Positions 51,558 through 60,000 of a stretch of 60,000 nt of DNA are shown piece by piece. Source of the DNA: Felis catus (Eukaryota); assembly GCF_018350175.1 (NCBI RefSeq), contig NC_058368.1:113338001-113398000 (forward strand), given 5' to 3'. A program made the position numbers and the translations under genes. Positions within the stretch are counted from its first letter, which is position 1. The number at the start of each line of letters is the position of its first letter. The notes under the pieces were generated by a model that worked only from the letters and a program-made list of their open reading frames with translations, searched no databases and was not told the origin of the DNA.

Positions 51558-51691
51558 GGGGGTCATGGGTGGTTCAGTTGGTTAAGCATCTGACACTTGA
51601 TTTTGGCTCAGGGCATGATCTCAGTTCGTGCGTTTGAACCCCGCATTGGGCTCTGTGCTGACACCACAGAGCCTGCTTGAGGTCCTCTCTC

Positions 51692-51740
<49 letters not shown>

Positions 51741-51758
51741 ATAAACTTTTTTTTTTAA
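51558..51758 (+). mobile_element. Can-SINE with expanded (CT)n
   Basis: gggggtcatgggtggttcagttggttaagcatc..; (CT) about 21 units at 51695-51737; degenerate TSD gaaa(t/c)g(c/t)a(a/t)tttcag. Confidence 0.93.
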
Positions 51759-54700
51759 AAAGAAACGTATTTTCAGAATTTTTAAAGAAATGCATGTTGC
51801 CAAACCCACACCTGACTGCCAGTTCCCCATATCTCCAGTTTTGTTTAAAGAAACTAGCAGTTTCTAGTTTCCAGGTGGTTGGAATGGAAGAAAGATCTGC
51901 TAGGCGTGGAAGGAAGGCTGAAAGAAAGGGAGTTAGTTCACCTGGATAAAGGTGACCGGGCCTCAAAGTTTCATTGAAGACTCAGGGGTCAGATCACTGT
52001 AACTGAACTAAATTTCTAAATTATTTTGATGGTTTGTTCAAGGAAAGCTATCAAAAAATTAGGTATAAACATTCTAAGCACAGCTAGGATTATAGACATA
52101 GTCTTGACTTTTTCAGTAAACACTTATTAATCACCCACTGTGTGCCAGAAATCGGGCAAAGAATTCAAAGATAATGCTAGCATTGTAACTGATAGACTTC
52201 TAATGAATGCATATCGCATGTAACCATTATTACTAAAGCGTAAAGATCATAATTACTCTGAATGTCTGCACTGATTTGAGGTAGGTATTTACTTAAATTA
52301 ACTCTTTTATTCTTATTCACATCTTGAGACACTACAGATTCTCCCGGACTGCTAACTTTTCCAAGAAAATCTCCACACAGCAAGAAATCTGCTGTCCATT
52401 TCAGGAACCCCCCCCCCCCAAGCCATCGTACCTTTACGAGTGCCAGAGCCATGTGCGTGGCCAAAAGGGCACGAAGAAAAGGAACTTGCAAGACAACAAA
52501 CACAGATGTCGTCTTTCTCCCATTTTTTCGACATTACCTGAAATCAAGGTTTCCTTACACTTGAAACCAAATATATATTATGTCCAGGGATCCTACTTCT
52601 AGCCCAGACTATGTTCTGGGTGTTTCCTGACCAGATGAGGAAGATTAGCAGGCTGATGTGATTATGTAAATTCCACTAACAGGTTGGAGTCATCTCGCAT
52701 TAAGAGAGTGACAGAGCATGGCCAGCGGACCCAAGGGGCTCTGGGAGGCAGAGACAGTGGGGGTTTAATTCAGAGTTCAGCCTGGTGAACGAATGTGGCC
52801 ATGGGGACCTACAAGTAACAAAAATCTGCGTATGTGAGCACACACACGCACACAGAGACACATACAGGGCCCGAGTAAGACTGCTTTGTGAAGGAAAATG
52901 CCAAGCCAGCAGTGTAATAGCAAGCTATTAGGGAAATGTAAGTGAACGCTTGAGCTTTCTTTATTCCAGTAGGATAATGGATAGCGGTGTACTCACTTAA
53001 AAAAATCCATTTCTTCCTAAAAGGGGGCAGAAAAGAAACTGTGACTATTAGCCAGTGACCTTTGGCAGCCCTGTTTGATTTCTTGTTTTACTGCTCTCCT
53101 TTGTTTGCTGGCCCAATAAAGAGAGGTCCCTTTCCAGCCCTGAGATCTTAGTGGAAATCTTTAGCAATGGACATGCTAATTGGAAAAAATCAAATGATAA
53201 TCAAGCAAGACCGAGGCTGAGAATTTCATTTGGCCTCCCTGCTTGAGCATTTATAATCCTGAGCCTTTGCAGGAGGGGCCGGAACAACTGAGGGTTGTGC
53301 TAACACAGCTTCCAGCTAAGTGTGAGCTCAGGTGTGCACACAAGGGTGAGGGGAAGCGTGTGCCCTTTCACCATCGGCTCCGCGGCTATAAGCTGTGAAA
53401 ACATGTGCTTGCATTCCTGGGACACAATTAATTATTATGGGCATGTGCAAGAGAGAGAGAGAGAGAATATCCAAATTTTAGAGTCACCAGCAGCAAAGCA
53501 CCCTGTTCTGGGATGGCTGTGGAGGATCCACCTTAGGAAGAACAAGCTAGCAAAATGAAGCCAGTGTGGGTAGACCGCACTGCATCCGGGACACTGCTCT
53601 TTCCAAGACAGGCCCAGAGACAGACAGGAAGCTGACAGGCTCATGGTGTTCGAGGAGATGGACACCATCACCCTGACACCATCAAGAGCGGCCGTTCTCC
53701 AAAAGCGCTGCAGGAGGCAGAAACAGCCACACCAAGCATCGTGACGAGCCCCCAACCTGAAAGCTCTCTTCCCAGTGTCACAGGACAGAAGCTGGAGCCT
53801 TGACAAGGCTCCGTGGCCTTCACTGGAGGGGAACGTTCCAGACAGGTGGCCAGGAACTAAGGCTAAGTCCACAGGCTTGGGTGTTTTCTAACGCTGAGCT
53901 TCCCCTGCCACAACTGTCCCACCCTGCTGCAAGCGCCCACTCAAATACCACCTCCCTCTGAGGGTATTTCAGACATGCTACCCCTTCTTCCAAATCCCTT
54001 GGATGTGTCCTGCAGCTTTTTATCACCAGTCACTGAGCTCTCCTCAGTCAGGTTCCCAGCTGTTTCCATGCACAGACATGATGCTCCAGAATGGGTTGGC
54101 ACGGGGAAGAGTGAATCAGCACGTCCCAATGCTATTCCACAGCAGAACCTGGACAGACGTGCAGAAGTCACCAACAGAAAAAAACTTTCAACTCACTGTA
54201 AGCAAGATGCCTCATACAGTGAGTGAGAGCAGTACAGAGACACATCGTCTGTCTGAGAAGGCTGGGGAAGGAGGCTCTTAATGGTCAGAGGTCACCTAGA
54301 GGCAGGGGGTTCTACAGAAGGGACATGATGATTTGTGTAAGCACTCCTCTATGGCTGGACAGTGAGGAGGTTGCTCCATTTCTGCAATATTGTCATCGAG
54401 AGCACTGAATACTCTCGGATATAAATCTTAATGTGCATCTCTCTTTATATCCATGAGACAGATTTTTCCAAAATGGAACCATGGGGTCAATGAGGCCAAA
54501 ATGCCCACCAGAAATGTTGCACCGACTTACACGGCCATCGACAGCACCTTGCCGGGACCACTATCCCCTTACCCCAACCTTCCACCCTGCAGGTTTCTAC
54601 CACGTACTGCTCTGAAGCCAAGTGTTTGGCCACACCACCAAAGGTGCACAAGTAATCGACCGAGTCATGAAGAGCAACAAACCAATGCTGCCAGGTGAAA

Positions 54701-57700
54701 ACGTGGCACATGGAGAAACTGGTAAAGTTGAAGAGTGGATAGATCAGGAGGAAATCAAACATCACCAAGATGTGTTCCTGTCGGTGAGCAGGTCACTGTG
54801 GGCTCACACTGGAGAGCAGCAGCTCCTCCCAGCAGGTGAGTAGCTCACTGCCCAGCCCCTCTGCACCAGGCTTCGCCCCAGATCGGAGAAGGACCCAAAA
54901 GAAGGCTGCCTGCTGCCTTCCCGGGCTTCCTTCTTGCTAAGCAAGCAACATGGGCCACACACAGCCCTGCTCAGTCTTGTTCTGAAGGCAGAAGGGCCAG
55001 TCCCATGGCCCCAGGGGTGGAGGTGTCAGACCTCCTAGAGAAGAGATTCTGGAGCCTGCAAGCCTCCTAGACGAACCAGAAGGATGAATTTAAGCCAGTC
55101 TCAAGGGAGCTGCAGGGAAGGAGTGCCAATCTAGGCAGGACTTGCTCCCGACAGCTGCCAGAGTGGATGCCCAGTATGTGCTCCTTCCTTCCCTAAGGCA
55201 GAATCAAAGGCCGTTCTGAAGCACTCTCAAGAACAAACCTCCAGCTCTGAGAGACTCAGGAGCTCAATGAGACACATGACATCTTAATACCTCCAAGGCC
55301 AAGCCGCTGACCTTTAGCTGTGTCCAATCTCTTAGGACAGAGACAGGATGGGCAAAGAGACAGGGCACCACAGGAGCAGGCCACCAGGTCAGGACAGAGT
55401 GCAGAGTCTGGACTACATTGTTCCTTCCCAAGAACAGGGCCACTTTCACACCAGACTGACACATTGCCTCCTGTTTCCCTGTGGGGGGGTTCACGGGGAC
55501 ATTCTGAGCATTTCCCAGGTGTTCAAGAATGTGGTACAACATAGACAACCCTCGCCTGACTTGGAGCATTGCTTTGTGACTCACTGACCGATCCGAGGTC
55601 CTCATTAAAGACACCAGCCTGGCCCTGCATCCCCGGCTTCCTTCTCAACTTAACTGACGCATTTATCCCTTTAATAGGTCATGAACATGTGCCAAGACCT
55701 GAGCTCAGGCTCCAGAGGGAGTGCGGGCAGTGCAAGTAACAGAGGTGAGCATCACAAGGAGCAAGTAGGCACCCCGGCAGGAGGGAACCTACTAATCATG
55801 ACAACTGACTCCATCCAGAACACTAAAAACAGCAGGGCCTTTGCATGCGTGAGCTCATGTGGGCCTGAGCAACTCTGTGAGGCTTGGAGGACTGATCCTC
55901 TATCTAGATTCAGTGAGGAAGTGGAGACTCAGAAAGGAGATGGACTTTAATTGAGCCCCGACTATGAGCCAGCACTACGCCTACCGCTTTCCTTATCACT
56001 GTGCCCTGGGCTAGTTTGAAAGTCAGCATTTGCTAAGGAAATGGAGATTTAGTGCAGACAAGTGTCTCGAGGGCAGAGGGCAGAAAGATGGGCTTCGGGG
56101 CAGCCTTGCCCTGGCCCCCCACCTCTGCCACATAACGGCTGTGCGACACTGAGAAACTCACAGTGTGCGTGAGCCACAGTGACCTCACAGGCTCTTAAAC
56201 CACTAGGAATACTAGTGAATTCTGCTAGTGAATCCTGCCCCTTCTCCATCTCCCACCCATGTCCAGCCCCACTGCAGCTGGAAACGGTCGCCCCCTTCTT
56301 GGAACTTTAACTTTACTCCATCACACTTTTTCTTTTCTGGCTTAGATTATATACATCTTTGCTGCTAATGTTCTCTCATAGGCACAAGATTCGATGAGAT
56401 CTTCAGAGTCTTCATGTGAACACACGTAGACAGGCAGGGCCCCCAGCTTTTTTCACAGAGTATACAATGTGGCTTTAAAAAATGCGAATTCAAGAAAACT
56501 CAGTCCATCCTAAGGCACACAATTCTGTCACTCTCCAACTTAAAGCCACACAAGATGTCCCTTGTCACCTGGTCTGAGAGCCAAATCTGTCCCGTGGCTT
56601 TCAAGGCTCCACAGGCTCTGGTCCTGCTACCCCTTCTAGTCTCAGGTAGCCATGCTCCCCTTGGTCACTGCCTACCTACAGCACAGGCCTCTGTCCTCTT
56701 CCTTTCTTTAGGATACCAAGTCCCATTCCCTTCCCTGATTCAGGGTCTCTGCAAAGGCTGTTCCCTCCTCTGAGGACACTTCTCCCTACCCTGTGACCAC
56801 CTGGAACCTATCACCTTTCACCCACCCAAGATGGCGCAACCAACTAAAGGGATTCTGTTATAACACTCTGCTCTTATCCCACTTGGTGCTTAGGACAATT
56901 TATCAGATAGTTAATTTCTTTTTAGCTACCTTTTCCTATAGACTTTACTCTCCACAAGGCTAGATTATGTCCATTCATCACATTATTCCAAACGCATAAC
57001 AGCATCTGGCATACAGAAGGCACCATAAATATTTGTTGAATCCAGAAATTATCACAGACACCAACTTAGTGGATTCTGAGTTAATGACCTTTAGCCCACC
57101 ATGACTGGTTTATGTGAGCTGTCTTCTGAGGGCTAATCCTGCCAAAATTATGACAAGTCCTAAAGCCCTTTATCACCATCACTATACTCACAGATGGCCT
57201 CCCCTGGCATCTGCTGAGAGGAAGACTCTTAATTCCAGGCTGGACCGGAGCCCTGTCATCTTGCCTTCCACTTGGGAGATACTCATAGCCATGGAAGGTC
57301 TGAGCCAGGGCCTTCTCCCTCCCATCAGGTAATGAAAAGCAGGACTTGTGGTTCAGTGGAAAGCAGGATACACCAGCACCTCCAGGTGTGGCAAGATCAT
57401 GAGCAAGGCTGGCTGGAAGAAGGCCCTTTCCCAACTCAGTAATACAGCCGCATGCATTTCAGCGTGTGCCCGTTAAAAACATCATTTAAGAGAGTACCTT
57501 GGAAAGGTACCAAGGTCCCTAAACTAATTAACTTTCATCTCTCCTGTCCCTCTGCGCTTGGAGGGCCCTGCCCTCTGCCCACCCCCTCCATGAGGAACAT
57601 TAAAGACAGGACATTAGCCTGAGAACATTCTCTTTAAAACAAAAGTACTTCTAAAGATAGCCTTGGATGCCCATCTAAATCATCCTGAGTCCATTTTCTG

Positions 57701-59252
57701 GCTCCAGAACTTGCATGGTCAGTGCCCCAGATGGGCCCTACTGTGGTGCCCGATACCCATAAAGAATGTCTTTCATGGTTCATTGGTTGAATTAATCTGA
57801 TATAAAATGTCTAAACTGGAAAACCTGTGAATTGGGATCTTGATGAGTTTAGGCAGAACAGCAAGCAGGGCCACAGCGGATTTAATAACAAAGGCAAAGG
57901 AAAGATATTTCAGAAAATTAAAGCAGAAGTTTGTGTAAGTGGGAAATTCAATCTGACCCCTTTCATAAAAGCTGATGTGTTTTGGGAGAGGTCACATAGG
58001 CCTTGCTCCCCTGCCTCAGATACCTGGATACTCCTCTCTCTGGATACTATAAAGGGCCCCCAGAACGTGTGGGTAACGTAACACCTTCAGCGAGTTGCAG
58101 GGGGGGGGGGCTTGAGCTCATCTGTTTCCTAGTGTTTAGGGACCTGCTAATGTAATGCTTCACACCTGCTTGGCACGCCCTGAGCCCTGCTGGAAATCAC
58201 ACCTAGTGATTACCTCTTCAAAACCAGCACACCCACCTCAATCTCCTCTTTCTAATCCACTTAAATCTGAGGCATGAAATATGCCTCTCTGTACATTTCT
58301 TAACAGACGGAGACACCAATAAACAGAGCAACTGAGCCCATCATCCGAGGGAGAACCACACAGCAGGGTAATGCACTTAGGCTTTCTAACAAGAGAAAGA
58401 GGGAGGAACTGAGAGGGAGGTTTTATCATCAGTCCCTGACCCTGTGAACAGACATTCCCAGCACCACAGACTCTTGGCTTTCTAGCTTTCCAGCAACTTT
58501 GTACGTGATGCACATTCTGGGAATTTAAGAATTTAACCATAAAACGTTTCCAATCTCCCACAGATAGACATGGCTTAAAAAAAAAAAAAAGACAATGATT
58601 CAGCACATTGGGTATTCCAGGAAATACCTGGAAATACGAACTACCCTCTCTGGAAAGGGGGCTTCTCAAGCAGCACAACCTGGGAGGGAAAGGTGACAAG
58701 TTGGTGGCAGGTGCCAGAGAGGGCTCTGGCAGGGCAGAGGCTCTGGTCCTTAAGAGTCACACCTAGAAACAAGTGTCCAGCCATCCAGGATGCCATCAGA
58801 CTCGCTGGGAGAGATCACCCGGTCACTGCCCTTACCCGCCCACCATCTTTAGGTACAAACTGTGTTGGCATTGGCAGCAGAGTTTAAAAAAAAAAAAAAA
58901 GGCAGGGGTGGGGGGAACAAGGCAGGGCAAAATTTGAGTCCGGTAAATTTTATTGACAATCACGATTTTAATGTATTTATAAAACTCACCTAGTGAATCT
59001 GCCTCCCAAAGTAAGATCTGCCTCTCGCTGAGTCCCCTTTGTTCCAAGGACTAAAAATTCTACACAATTACTCCCATCTCCATTATGAATTGCTTTTTAC
59101 TCTCTGCTGCTCTTGTCGTCAAGCTCGTGTAATCAATACTCTCAATTTCAGAGAGGAAAACAAAGGAACGGAGAAGGTAACCGTGAGAAGTCAGCAAAAC
59201 TCCTTCTGCAAAGTGTGTCTAACGTGGTGGTGGTTAAGAAGTGGCATTTCTG

Positions 59253-59470
59253 GGGGCGCCTGGGTGGTGCAGTCGGTTCAGCATCCGACTTCAGCCAGGT
59301 CACGATCTCGCGGTCCGGGAGTTCGAGCCCCGCGTCGGGCTCTGGGCTGATGGCTCAGAGCCTGGAGCCTGTTTCCGAATCTGTGTCTCCCTCTCTCTCT
59401 GCCCCTCCCCCGTTCATGCTCTGTCTCTCTCTGTCCCAAAAATAAATAAACGTTGAAAAAAAAAATTTAA
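59253..59470 (+). mobile_element. Very young felid Can-SINE
   Basis: CpG-rich near-consensus body. Perfect 17-bp TSD aagaagtggcatttctg at 59236-59252 and 59471-59487. Confidence 0.97.
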
Positions 59471-60000
59471 AAGAAGTGGCATTTCTGTAACCAACCTCTC
59501 TCCCCCTTTGTTTTCCTCAGTGACCAGGGGTAAAGAGATCACGGTGATGGTTCCTGTTTATTAAAGGTGGCTGATTCAGAAGTGGGACCAAACCCAAACC
59601 TCAGGTGCGTAAATTCCACCAATTGCCTAGAAAGAGCCCCAATCCCTCATCAGGACTTTACTCAGGCCCAGAGCAGGGAAAACGAAGATCCCTCAAGGTT
59701 AAAAGAGAACACAAGGCCCCCTAGGAAAAAAGTGTGAGCTATATAAAGATAAAAATCGTAATAAGGAATATGAACATGATCACACTCTGGAAACTGGCCA
59801 TGCCTTGAGTTGTGAAAGTACCAGAACGCCACTAAGACACCTAGGAATCACCCACTTTCTACATGGCCATGTGTCTTCCAAACCAAGAGAGATATGCGTA
59901 TGTATAATCAACCCGCTCAAAGCCCCTGTAGCAGGAGGCAGTGCTTTGTTGTAAAACAAAACTGAGATGAAATAACCATCATCCTTTCAAATGTCCTCTG

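Larger units (their letters stand above)
42155..60000 (-). other. SPOCK1: SPOCK1 intron upstream of the Kazal exon
   Basis: Ends in the polypyrimidine tract/AG at 42155-42180; no preceding SPOCK1 exon recognised up to 60000. Confidence 0.75.

Overview
Felid (cat-family) genomic DNA, recognised from about 14 felid-type Can-SINEs and carnivore L1s. The window is almost entirely intronic sequence of SPOCK1 (testican-1), transcribed on the minus strand. One coding exon is visible: 42028-42154, 127 bp, AG/GT-flanked, encoding the first half of the Kazal-like domain. The rest is a layered retroelement record. It includes a full-length BTF3 processed pseudogene in sense orientation with poly(A), TSD, two frameshifts and a SINE inserted in its CDS; a twin-primed (5'-inverted) carnivore L1 nested in an older L1M and itself hit by a SINE; a SINE>L1>SINE stack; MLT1 LTRs, MER5, L2 and MIR remnants; and microsatellites. 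Features not explained by repeats include a perfect 54-bp spacer-less AT-rich palindrome, a CpG-dense micro-island and several motif-dense candidate enhancers. I find no evidence for a new multi-gene system. The ORF track is spurious apart from the SPOCK1 exon, BTF3 and L1 ORF2 pieces. Repeat subfamily names and comparisons to human proteins are from memory, not database searches.
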